In this document: positions 1-10,400 of the stretch, piece after piece
Layout of the letters: each line of letters opens with the position of its first letter
Position numbering within the stretch: position 1 is the stretch's first letter
Position numbers and translations under genes: made by a program
Sequence record: SRR22947727_232
Strand: one strand, 5' to 3'
DNA: 32,727 nt
The notes under the pieces: model-generated
Database searches by the model: none
What the model was told of the DNA's origin: nothing
The model's input: only the letters and a program-made list of their open reading frames with translations

Positions 1-19
1 TATTGAAGATATAATAAAA

Positions 20-2203
20 ATGAAAAAAATAATTGCAGGTATTTGCACAAACTTACTTATGACTCACTTTGCGATCGCAGAAAATCGTATAGATAGTATT
101 GACATTACCGAACCCTATGAAGTGCCATTTTCAGATAATAAACTTGGCAACGGTGTGAGTGAAAATGAGAAAATTATGAGTAATGACTCAGGTAAGCTTA
201 TTAATAATTTCTTAGGGGGTAACAGTATTAACAATGGGGGGTTTTCAAGCCTACCCATGATTCAAGGTCTATCTGATGACCGAATAAAGATCAAAATTGA
301 TGGCATGGATTTAATTGCTTCTTGTGCAAATCATATGAATGCCCCCCTTTCTTATTCAGACCCGGTTAACATAAAAAATATCTCAGTGTTAGCTGGACTT
401 TCTGCCGTTGATCAAGGGGGAGATAATATTGGAGGGGTCATCAAGATCGACACCGTAAAACCTATTTTTGCAGTTGATGAAAATCCCATTTTTTTTGGTC
501 AAGTAGGCACAAAATATAAATCCAACAATAAAGCGATGAGCGCAAATGTTTCTCTCAATGCATCAAATCAAGATACCGCTTTGAGTTATTTCAGCTCTTA
601 TGTGAAAGCAGATAATTATTATGCAGGCGGTACTTTTAAAGAAGCAGGCCTTGCAGCACCTGATCGTGGTTACCTAGATGGGGATGAGGTGGGTTCATCG
701 GCTTATAAAAATCAAAACCATCAACTCTCAATCTCGAAAGCTATTGATAATGAAATTTACCAGGTCATCGCAGCCTATCATGACAGCCCTTATGAGAATT
801 TTGATAACCAAAGAATGGATTCGGTGGGCAATAAAAACTATCAACTTAATCTAAGTCAAAAGGGAGATTATGAATGGGGGGAATTAACCTCGCGTGTTTA
901 TGTTGACGACACCAATCACAAGCATAACTTTGGACCAGACAAGCAATACACCTACTCCAATATGGGAAATACCAGCTTTGGCATGCCAATGGAGGCCGAT
1001 GGGTTCACAGCAGGTTTAGCAGTGGATAGTGAGATTTTTTTGAATGATCAAGATACCTTAAAAGTAGGATCAGAAATTCAATACTATCAACTCGATGATA
1101 CCTGGGATTCAAATCCAGGAAGTGGCATGATGACGGGTAGTGATTTTTTAAATATTAACAATGGTAAGCGAAATCGATTTGATGTTTATGGGCAGATTGA
1201 TAGTTTATGGACAGAAAATTGGATTACCTCTATCGGTGCTCGCTTAGGTATTGTTCAAACTGATGCAGATGATGTGCAGGGCTATAACCAAACCAATATG
1301 ATGGGCTCAAATCAGTTAGCTGACTCAACTACTTTTAACGCATCTAAAAAGAAACAGACAGATGAGAATATCGATATTAGCTTACTCACGAGATATGACA
1401 TAGAAGAAGACAGTTCTATTGAGCTGGGTTACTCCATGAAAACCAGAAGCCCGAATTTATATCAACGCTATACCTGGTCGACGTGGACCATGGCAGCCAA
1501 TATGAATAACCTTTATGGTGATGGGAATGGTTATGTGGGTGATATTGATCTTAAACCAGAAACGGCGCATAAGGTTGGCTTGGTGTTGAACCATGAAGAC
1601 CCAAACAAAAACTGGCGAGTTAAAGTAAACCCTTATTACACTTACATCAATGATTATATTGATGCGAATGTGATTGCTGAAAGAGGCGATGGTTATCGAA
1701 ATTTAAAGTTTGCTAACCAAACCGCCACGATTTATGGGTTGGATGTGGGAGCTGATATGCATCTATTTGAAACTTTAAACTTTGGTAACTTTAATTTACT
1801 GAGTAAATTCAATTATCAAAAAGGTCGCAATACGGATGCCGATACCGATCTTTATAATATGATGCCACCCAACTTAAGCGTAGCGATTAATCAAAATATT
1901 GGCAGCTGGAGTAATAACTTATCCATGATCTTAGTGGATGAGAAGGATGACGTGAACAGCACCCGACAAGAGAGAGAGACGGCTGGGTTTACCAAGTTTG
2001 ATTTTGTCAGCTCTTACCAATGGAAATCAGTTTCCATTATTGGTGAGGTAGAAAATATCTTAGATAAGAGTTATGCCGATCCTCTAGGGGGTGAATACTT
2101 AGGTCAAGGCGCCACTATGTCGACTGGCATTAATCGTGCCAATGGAACCCAGGTTTATGCGATGGGACGCTCCTTTAATATTGCGCTAAGTTATTCTTTT
2201 TAA
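20..2203 (+). CDS. TonB-dependent outer-membrane receptor, probably metal (copper-type, OprC/NosA-like)
   Basis: Signal peptide; plug motif PMIQGLSDDRIKIKIDG; DLKPETAH and ENILDKSY...GRSFNIALSYSF barrel motifs with terminal Phe; plug CANHM (CxxxM) motif and Met-rich loops. Confidence 0.88.
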   Translation: MKKIIAGICTNLLMTHFAIAENRIDSIDITEPYEVPFSDNKLGNGVSENEKIMSNDSGKLINNFLGGNSINNGGFSSLPMIQGLSDDRIKIKIDGMDLIASCANHMNAPLSYSDPVNIKNISVLAGLSAVDQGGDNIGGVIKIDTVKPIFAVDENPIFFGQVGTKYKSNNKAMSANVSLNASNQDTALSYFSSYVKADNYYAGGTFKEAGLAAPDRGYLDGDEVGSSAYKNQNHQLSISKAIDNEIYQVIAAYHDSPYENFDNQRMDSVGNKNYQLNLSQKGDYEWGELTSRVYVDDTNHKHNFGPDKQYTYSNMGNTSFGMPMEADGFTAGLAVDSEIFLNDQDTLKVGSEIQYYQLDDTWDSNPGSGMMTGSDFLNINNGKRNRFDVYGQIDSLWTENWITSIGARLGIVQTDADDVQGYNQTNMMGSNQLADSTTFNASKKKQTDENIDISLLTRYDIEEDSSIELGYSMKTRSPNLYQRYTWSTWTMAANMNNLYGDGNGYVGDIDLKPETAHKVGLVLNHEDPNKNWRVKVNPYYTYINDYIDANVIAERGDGYRNLKFANQTATIYGLDVGADMHLFETLNFGNFNLLSKFNYQKGRNTDADTDLYNMMPPNLSVAINQNIGSWSNNLSMILVDEKDDVNSTRQERETAGFTKFDFVSSYQWKSVSIIGEVENILDKSYADPLGGEYLGQGATMSTGINRANGTQVYAMGRSFNIALSYSF

Positions 2204-2228
2204 AAATTAAAATACGCTAAAAGTTTTT

Positions 2229-5200
2229 TTAAAAACCGATGGTGTAGCTGGCAAATCCTGTTATAGCATCGGATGAACTGCCGCCCCATGCAAGCTCTTG
2301 GTAATTCACTGAGATTGACATTTTTTGTGTCGGTGACACAAAGTGATCAACACCAAATAATGCATTTGCTCTCGTCTCATTCGTATCGTTATTTAAGTCT
2401 GCGCTAAAGCTATAACCTTCATAGGTTGCTGTCACCTGATCATCACTGCTACTGCTTAAGTCATGCTCTAATCCTGCACTTCCAAACAAGAAAGTCTTCT
2501 GATTAGCCAGTCGATGACGAAGTTGAAGCCCTGCCCTTATAGAAGTTGTCTCATCCTTAACGCCTGAGAAAGTCAGTGGAAAAGAAGTTTGTCGGCTGGC
2601 ACTTTCTGTATATCCATCTTGTTCGGCAATATCATATTGCAATGCCACATAGGGATTCATAAAGGTATCCTGATTGTAAAGGTAGCCATACATCAATTCA
2701 GCACGGTAGGTTTGCGTCTCAATGTCGGTTGAGCCCTGGCCTTGTTCTGAATCTTGATAGACAGTATTTCTTGTAATTTTGGCATCCTGTCTTTGGTAAG
2801 TGTTCGCCACAGAAAAAATCATGCCCGTGCCGTCATAGTTTTGTTGCCACACACCTTTAAAGCCCATCATCGGTCCGTGGTTTTCTAGCTTCACACCTGA
2901 TACAGAATTATTATCGATGGATTGATCAACAAAGACAGAGAAACGAACCTTTAGCTCAGGCACCTGATAGCCTGCCATAAATACTGCCGCTTGTGATTCG
3001 CCAGATGGGTTACTTAAATCAGTGTATCGACCCGCGAGTGCAAAACATCCGTTATTTTCACCAAACACATTACATTGGTAGTTTTGCTGAGCAAAGTTAG
3101 CAATCGCAATCCCATGATTTAATGTGGCATTCACCTTATTAATATATTTTGGGAAGGTGATGGCATTATCTTCCATAATTTCATCTAGTGAGGCAACATC
3201 TAGCTGCCAGACATTAGTGCTCGTTTGTTCTAGCTGCCATTCATAAGTCACCCCTGATCGGGTAAAAGTTTTAGCTAAGTCTGCAATCTGCTCATCACTG
3301 ACGCCTGACAGTACATTTGCATAAGTATCATCTGCATCTAATTTACTGGTATCTGCCACATCAAAATCTAGCGTGCCCGTGCCGTCGGTGACAGCCAACT
3401 GTCCATAATCTTCAGTGTTTACAATAAGCATATTATAAGTCGGTAATTTACCTGTTAAGGTCAGCGGATCTGAAGTGAATGCACCTTGATTATTATTGAT
3501 TGTGAGTGTGCCTGCGTTATTAACATCATAAAGTGAGCCTGTCACTGTCCCTCGGTTGGTGAAAGTCACTGAGCCATCATTGACACGCAATCCATTCGGG
3601 CCATTTATTACGCCATCATTAATAATTGTCACAGTGCTTGAAGAATTATTTACATTAATTCCTGCTTGATTAACAGCGGTCACTGTACCGACATTTGTCA
3701 AGGTGACATTAGCATTATCAACAAGCAATCCATTCGGCCCCGTTATAGTGCCGTAATTATTAATATTTACTGTACCGGTAGTGTCTTTAATGACAATAGC
3801 CGCCTCATCTATAGCCGTTGAGTCACTTTGAATGGTTCCATCAAAATTGTTGGTGAGGGTTGCTGTGTTTGAAATAGTCGTACCATCAAACTCAATTGCC
3901 GTATTTTCTGTTGACCAAACAGTCCCTCTGTTCGCTATTGTAATATTGGTTAACTCGTCGTCATCCACATGAATGACTTGGCCAGACTGACTTGAGCCAC
4001 CCCCAGCAACCGCAAGATCCCAATTATTTGAACCTGTATTAGTTAGTGCCCAGCTGACATCTGTGCCATCTAAATTATTTGTCCCAGTAAGGCTAGCAAT
4101 ACTTGCGGGTAAAATATTTTGTAATACATTAGTGTATGTATTTGAGTTCACTGCACCCCCCTCATTTTTGAAGACAACACCGGCATCAATGGTAATGCTT
4201 AATGAGTCAGCATCTTCTATGAAGAGGTTATGGTTGGGTCCTGTGACGGTGCTGTTCGAATCGACAACCACCGTGATGGCTTTTTCACTGTTGATATAAT
4301 AAGCGGTACCTGGCTCGGGGTTTAATGTAGTTGTCGAGTCATGTTCAGTGTAATCATTCCCACCAAAACTTAAATCTGAATCCTCATTGATAGAAAAATT
4401 CATGGTATCTATTACCCCTAAACCCTTTAATTTTCCGTAATTAGTACTATCAGATATTACAATTTCATAGTTAGTTGGGGCACTGCCCTTATAAATTAAT
4501 GCATCTAAACCACCTTGGCTATTGATTAGGGTTCCTATAGTGCCATTTTTATTGTAAATATCAGGAGAGGACGCATTGGTTGAAATTGTGCCATAGTTCT
4601 CAATGGTCGTGATTGTGCCAGTATCATTATAAATACCGAAGTAGTTATATGCGTTATAACCAGTAATATTACCTGTAGCTTTATTCTTAATCAGTGTGAT
4701 TAACTGCTGATTTGTGATTGCCCCCGTATTTACTGTCGAAGAAGATAAAATATTTGCGCTATTTTCAATACTAGTAATCTTTCCTGAATTTAATAATCCA
4801 TATATAGCTGTACTATTTTTAATTGCCCCAACTGTGGAAGTTACCCCTTGTAACCTGAGCCCATAGCCATTAGTGGCTCTAATAGTTCCCGAGTTCAGCA
4901 AAGTATTAAGTGTTCCATTGTATATATGAATCCCCGTATTTCCAGTCCCCGTTCCGGTTGCCAAGAATGTTCCACTATTTTGAAGCACATTGATTTTGCC
5001 ACCTTTATTAATATATAAGGCTTTACCATTCGTTGTTGCCGTATTTGTTATTGTTGCAGTGTTAGTAAAAATATTTGAAACGTTCGTAGTAGCATCTACA
5101 TTAATTACAATATTAGCTGAGGCAGTGACATCTGCTTGAAAATTAACGGTGAGTGCGCTGCTTCCTGTAAATTTTCCAATTGCCTGTGTTTTTGCCGTCG

Positions 5201-5366
5201 TTACGTCACATGAGCTTGTATTTTTGGAGGTTTTACATTCAACAGACATTGCCTCGGAATGCATTAATGCAAAGCTTAAAACAAATATGAGGAGGCTTGT
5301 GATTAAATTCAAAAATTGAGGGTTTTTGAATTTTTTCATTTTAAATAGGATCAGATCTTGAAACAT
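2229..5366 (-). CDS. Autotransporter (type Va) with Asn/Thr/Gly-rich beta-helical passenger, adhesin-like
   Basis: Repeated N-x-G-T-I rungs; C-terminal ~280 aa barrel with PYVALQY, DGYTE and terminal YTIGF. Confidence 0.85.
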   Translation of the reverse strand: MFQDLILFKMKKFKNPQFLNLITSLLIFVLSFALMHSEAMSVECKTSKNTSSCDVTTAKTQAIGKFTGSSALTVNFQADVTASANIVINVDATTNVSNIFTNTATITNTATTNGKALYINKGGKINVLQNSGTFLATGTGTGNTGIHIYNGTLNTLLNSGTIRATNGYGLRLQGVTSTVGAIKNSTAIYGLLNSGKITSIENSANILSSSTVNTGAITNQQLITLIKNKATGNITGYNAYNYFGIYNDTGTITTIENYGTISTNASSPDIYNKNGTIGTLINSQGGLDALIYKGSAPTNYEIVISDSTNYGKLKGLGVIDTMNFSINEDSDLSFGGNDYTEHDSTTTLNPEPGTAYYINSEKAITVVVDSNSTVTGPNHNLFIEDADSLSITIDAGVVFKNEGGAVNSNTYTNVLQNILPASIASLTGTNNLDGTDVSWALTNTGSNNWDLAVAGGGSSQSGQVIHVDDDELTNITIANRGTVWSTENTAIEFDGTTISNTATLTNNFDGTIQSDSTAIDEAAIVIKDTTGTVNINNYGTITGPNGLLVDNANVTLTNVGTVTAVNQAGINVNNSSSTVTIINDGVINGPNGLRVNDGSVTFTNRGTVTGSLYDVNNAGTLTINNNQGAFTSDPLTLTGKLPTYNMLIVNTEDYGQLAVTDGTGTLDFDVADTSKLDADDTYANVLSGVSDEQIADLAKTFTRSGVTYEWQLEQTSTNVWQLDVASLDEIMEDNAITFPKYINKVNATLNHGIAIANFAQQNYQCNVFGENNGCFALAGRYTDLSNPSGESQAAVFMAGYQVPELKVRFSVFVDQSIDNNSVSGVKLENHGPMMGFKGVWQQNYDGTGMIFSVANTYQRQDAKITRNTVYQDSEQGQGSTDIETQTYRAELMYGYLYNQDTFMNPYVALQYDIAEQDGYTESASRQTSFPLTFSGVKDETTSIRAGLQLRHRLANQKTFLFGSAGLEHDLSSSSDDQVTATYEGYSFSADLNNDTNETRANALFGVDHFVSPTQKMSISVNYQELAWGGSSSDAITGFASYTIGF

Positions 5367-5475
5367 AAAAAAAACTGAAAAATATATTTGCCCATAATAT
5401 AATAAAGTTAACCAAAATGGTGCAAAATTAATTCGTATTTAAGCGAATATATAAGATTGATTTAGTTGAGAATTT

Positions 5476-6621
5476 TTATATTTTACGGTTACTTCCTGCG
5501 ACCATTTTAATCTCAAACAGTCGACAATCTAATGCGCCATTAAAAAGCGGCGTTTTCTTAGAAGGTGACAAGCGCATAAGTTTCGGCAGCCTAAAGTCAC
5601 TGGTTAAAAAATAGGTGCGCCAGCCTGCAAACTTATTTTTCAAACAACTTGCCCATAATGGATAGGCTGCTGCTAACTCCTCGTCCTCCCCTATCCTAAT
5701 GCCATAAGGTGGGTTGGTGATCAACACACCCTCATTAAATGGGGGTGTGATTTCTGTCATTTTTTTACAGACTAATTGCACAGCTTCCTCTAGTCCCGCT
5801 TCAACTAAATTTCTCTTAGCCACCCGAATAGCTCTAAGATCTTTATCTGATCCATATATTCGAGAGAATGTGAGTGGTTTTTTTTCTGACTCATAATCTG
5901 ATTTTATTTGCTTAAGCAACTTTGCATCAAGATTCTTCCAATTTTCAAAACCAAAATTTCTTCTCAACCCTGGCATTTGATTTAGTGCCATCATGGAAGC
6001 TTCGATTAAAAAAGTCCCACTGCCACACATCGGATCGAGCATGGCTTGGCCAGGTTCCCAACCACTCAGGAAAATAATACCCGCCGCTAGATTTTCCTTA
6101 ATCGGTGCTTCTACACTCGATTTTCTAAAGCCTCTTTGATAGAGCGGATCACCTGAGGTATCCAGATAAATAAAGTATTCATTTTTTTCTAAATAAAGAT
6201 GGATACGACAATCAGGATGCCTGATGTCCACATCGGGTCGCTTATTCATTTTTTTTCTAAAATTATCGCAAACCGCATCCTTAATTCTGAGCGTCATGAA
6301 ATCCAAACTTTTTAGCGGGCACTTCACACCCGTAGTGCTGACTTTGATGGAATTTGAAATATCAAAATAATCAAACCAGTTAATTTCTAATGCGGCTTGA
6401 TAAAGATCCTCCTCAGTCTCATAAGTCCCTTTCTTTATTCGCATCATGATACGGGTGGCTACCCGACTGGTGATGTTCGCGCGGTACATCTGCTCCATAG
6501 CGCATGAGAACTCAACACCCCCATCGACTTGATTGGGTGATTCGATTTTCAGTGCCTCTAATTCTTTAACTAATAACGCCTCTAGTCCTCGTGGGCAGGA
6601 TGCAAAATAATTTGATTTCAA
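5476..6621 (-). CDS. THUMP-domain SAM-dependent RNA methyltransferase (RlmL-like, stand-alone)
   Basis: CPRGLE start, LDTSGDPLYQRGFR, APIKENLAA, DPMCGSGT and NPPYG motifs; TTG start. Confidence 0.9.
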   Translation of the reverse strand: MKSNYFASCPRGLEALLVKELEALKIESPNQVDGGVEFSCAMEQMYRANITSRVATRIMMRIKKGTYETEEDLYQAALEINWFDYFDISNSIKVSTTGVKCPLKSLDFMTLRIKDAVCDNFRKKMNKRPDVDIRHPDCRIHLYLEKNEYFIYLDTSGDPLYQRGFRKSSVEAPIKENLAAGIIFLSGWEPGQAMLDPMCGSGTFLIEASMMALNQMPGLRRNFGFENWKNLDAKLLKQIKSDYESEKKPLTFSRIYGSDKDLRAIRVAKRNLVEAGLEEAVQLVCKKMTEITPPFNEGVLITNPPYGIRIGEDEELAAAYPLWASCLKNKFAGWRTYFLTSDFRLPKLMRLSPSKKTPLFNGALDCRLFEIKMVAGSNRKI

Positions 6622-6630
6622 GTTGGGTTC

Positions 6631-7455
6631 CTATTTAGAACGAAAAAGATAATTCGTTTTATTTTTTTGGTTTTTTAAAATTTGGTTGAAATATACCATC
6701 AAATCGAAGTCAATTTGTTTTTCCATGGTTAATATTTTTCTTTTTAAATGATCAATCCGGGACTCACTGGGTTGTGAATTAAATGCAAACACAATAATAT
6801 TACCTGACGTTGTCGATTTTAAATGAAGCACGCGATCATCAAAGGTCAATTTTATTCGATCAATGTAAGCCGTTGTTCTAGGGTCTGACCCCCAAAGATT
6901 AATCATAAAAATTCCTTTTTCTGTCAACCTTGACCGACAACTTTCAAAATAAGGAATTTCACAAAATACTTCGGGCAAGCCATACTCCTCGAATGCATCA
7001 GATAAAATGAGGTCGAATTTATCTTCCGATTTTTTAATATATTCAATGCCGTCATCTTGAATAATTTTAAAGCGCTTCGAGCTTTGAGGTATTTTAAAAA
7101 ATTGCTTCGCTACATTGATAGCGCTCGGATTTATTTCTATAGTGAGGCAGTTAGCTTTTTTATACCATTTGTAAAAAAATTTTTGGATAGCCGCACCCCC
7201 AAGCCCAACAAAAAGTAACTCTTTTGGCTTATCTAAGAAAATAGCCGCTAAGGCCATAATTTGCGTATAACCGAGTTCTAGGTGATATGGGTCACTAATT
7301 CTCATTGAGCTTTGTATGGTGGGTGAACCAATATGCATTGATCGCACGTCATTTGTTTCACTCATGTCGACCGTCATTTCAAAAAACTCACCCTCGCGCT
7401 TAGGGATATTTTTCTCACTCATCATCCCGATTATTTTTTTTATCTTATTGATCAT
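6631..7455 (-). CDS. Spermidine-synthase-like SAM-dependent transferase
   Basis: IQSSMR..DP..LELGYTQIM, VGLGGA, EINP, DLILSDAF motifs; 4-nt overlap with hrpA stop. Confidence 0.75.
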   Translation of the reverse strand: MINKIKKIIGMMSEKNIPKREGEFFEMTVDMSETNDVRSMHIGSPTIQSSMRISDPYHLELGYTQIMALAAIFLDKPKELLFVGLGGAAIQKFFYKWYKKANCLTIEINPSAINVAKQFFKIPQSSKRFKIIQDDGIEYIKKSEDKFDLILSDAFEEYGLPEVFCEIPYFESCRSRLTEKGIFMINLWGSDPRTTAYIDRIKLTFDDRVLHLKSTTSGNIIVFAFNSQPSESRIDHLKRKILTMEKQIDFDLMVYFNQILKNQKNKTNYLFRSK

Positions 7456-10400
7456 TTCAACATCATCTCATGCCATTGCTTCTCGACTCTTTTCAGTGAG
7501 ATGGGATAAAGCGTTTTTAATTCTTGTGCAAATAATGAGACTCTTAACTCCTGCAGCGCGTATTGAAAATCCACATACATATGCGGCACTGCCTCATCGT
7601 TTTCAACAAAATGAATCACCTTCTCAATCCATTTATCTTGGAGACGCCTGATTCCCTTTAACGCTTCTGTATCCTTTTCTTGACGCTGATGAAATTTTTC
7701 AATACGAAGTTTTAATGCTGTCAGATACCTAGGGAAATTTTTTAGTTGATCATAAACAAATAATGGGGGCTCATAAGCCGGTAATAAAAGTTCTAACTGC
7801 TCTTCAATATCTTCTTTAAAAATTGAAGTTAAATTATTTTGTTTTTTTAAAGCCAGAGAAATCGCATGATAGTTTTCAGCAATCAGTGTAAGACTTTTAG
7901 AAAGCTCAATAATCACCTCCCCGATTCTTTTCTTTGCATATGCAGCCAGTGCTTCAAAAGCTTTTTTTGTCCTCGGAATCGGCTGATCCCAATTCATAGA
8001 CTCATTGAGTACAATTTCCATAAAATTTTCTTTTAAAGCATCTGCCCCAATATAAGTTTTTAAGGCGAGTCCGTATTGTTCAAATTGCGGCGGTGTTTTT
8101 TTTAAAACCTTTATACGTTCCTTGAGTTGAAGTGTGAGCAGTTTTCTCACCCCCATCTTATGTAAGGCAATCGCTTCACTCTCATTGTCCAACACCTTTA
8201 AATCAACATCAGATTCATTCGGCGTCAATGCAGGATAACCAACAATTATTTCATCCTGCCTTTTAGCACTCACTGTCTCTGGGATATCACGCTCTGGCCA
8301 AAAAACTAAGCCATTTCTCTCGATATCAAATGCAACCTCCTCTATCACCTCAGTGACCTTCTCTTTATGTGCCGTTTGTAACTCAGCCAGTTCTTTTGAG
8401 GTATCAATCTCAACACCCTCATCATCTGTTATCGTGAAGTTAACCTTTAGGTGCATCGGTATTTTTTTAACCAAGCTAGATTCCACCCTAAAACTAGAAT
8501 TCGTTTTTTTTCTTATGAAATTCGTAAGCTCTTCATTGAAATTATTTTTTGTATCTGCCTCGACTAAAAACTCTGTGATTGTTTTAGGCAAGGGTGTGAG
8601 TTGTGTCCGGATAGGCTTAGGCAATAATTTAAATATATTGAGTACCTTTTCTCGAATCATACCCGGCACTAACCAATCAAATGACTCTTGCTTGATTTGG
8701 CTTAAACCGTGATAAGGAAACGTTGCAGTTAACCCATCCATCCGGTGATTGGGTTCAAAATGATAATTTAAATTTACATTGATATTATTTCGATTAACCT
8801 GATCAGGGAACTGCACATCATCGATCTGATCTGCATTTTTTTGCATCAAGTATTCTTTAGTAAGATATAAAAATTGAGGCGCATCTTTTTCAACACCTTT
8901 TCGCCAAAATTCGAAACCTGCTCCATTCATGATTTCTTGTGAAATTTTACTGTCGTAAAAATCAAACAAAATGTCATCATTGATTAAAATGTCTTGACGT
9001 CGTGATTTATGCTCAAGTTGCTTTACTTCATCAATTAACTTTTGGTTATGCGTCCAAAAGGGAGCTGAAGATTCATATTGATTTTCAACAAGGCCTTGTC
9101 TTATAAAAATGGATCGTGACTCCTCTAAATTAATTGCGCCGTAATGAACGGTTTTATTTGCATTGATGACGAGGCCATACAGCAATGTCTTTTGGGTTGT
9201 ATCGACCCGATTGAGTTTTGGATTCCACCTTGGGCTGTAATATTCATAATCCACTAGATGCTTTGAAAGTCGCTCCACCCAATCTACTTCAATTTTTGCA
9301 ATGCATTGCGCATACAACTTGCCTGTATCAATAATTTCAGCGGCCATTATCCATTTATAATTTTTCTTTCTAAATAGCGTGGGTCCAATTAAAAATTTAA
9401 TACCCCTTGTGCCTGCATATTCATAGCTATCGATAATTTTCGTGCCAATATTTCCCAACAATCCAGATAGAAGAGAAAGATGAATTTGTTCATAGGTGAC
9501 CTCTTTTTTACTTACCTTAAACCCAAGCTCTTTTGTCATCTCATACAGTTGCTTATAAAGTTCTTGCCACTCCCTAATTCTTGTATAGGACACAAAATAT
9601 TGCTGACAAAAATTCCGTAAACCTTTCCCACTTTTTATAGTGATTTTTTCATCTAACAATTTCCATAGTTTTATAAAGCTCATAAAACCCGATTCGGGGT
9701 CATGGAACAATAAATGCGCTTGGTCTGCTTTTTCTGATTTATCTAAGGGCCTTTCTCTGGGATCAGAAATACTTAAAGCGCTAATAATGATCAAAATTTC
9801 ATTTAAGCAGGATTGTTTATTAGATTCAATTAAAATTCTACCCAAGGATGGATCAAGCGGTAACTTTGCCAGCTCATGCCCCATCGGTAAAATTTTGAAA
9901 TCTCTATCGACTGCATCTAATTCGTAAAGTAATTGATAACCATCTTGGATAAACTTATTTATAGGCGGTTGTAGAAATGGAAACTCATGAACCGGACCCA
10001 AATGCAGTGATGCCATTTTTAAAATAACAGAAGCCAATGAAGTTCGCATAATCTCAGGATCGGTAAATGCTGGCCTGAGATCAAAATCCTCCTCGTCATA
10101 TAAGCGTATACAAACTCCTGGAGATATTCTTCCACACCGCCCTGACCGCTGGTTAGCTGATGCTTGAGATATTTTTTCAATCAGAAGCTGTTCTATTTTA
10201 AGTCTTGGGTTGTAACGAATGATCCTGGCAAGTCCTACATCGATCACATATTTAATACCTGGCACCGTCAGAGAAGTTTCGGCAATGTTGGTGGTTAAAA
10301 TAATTCTCCTTGAGGTGCTTTGTTTAAAAATTTTCTGTTGCTCTTTAACCGGCAACCGAGAAAATAATGGCAAGATCTCAAATCTATTTTTTAATTGATC

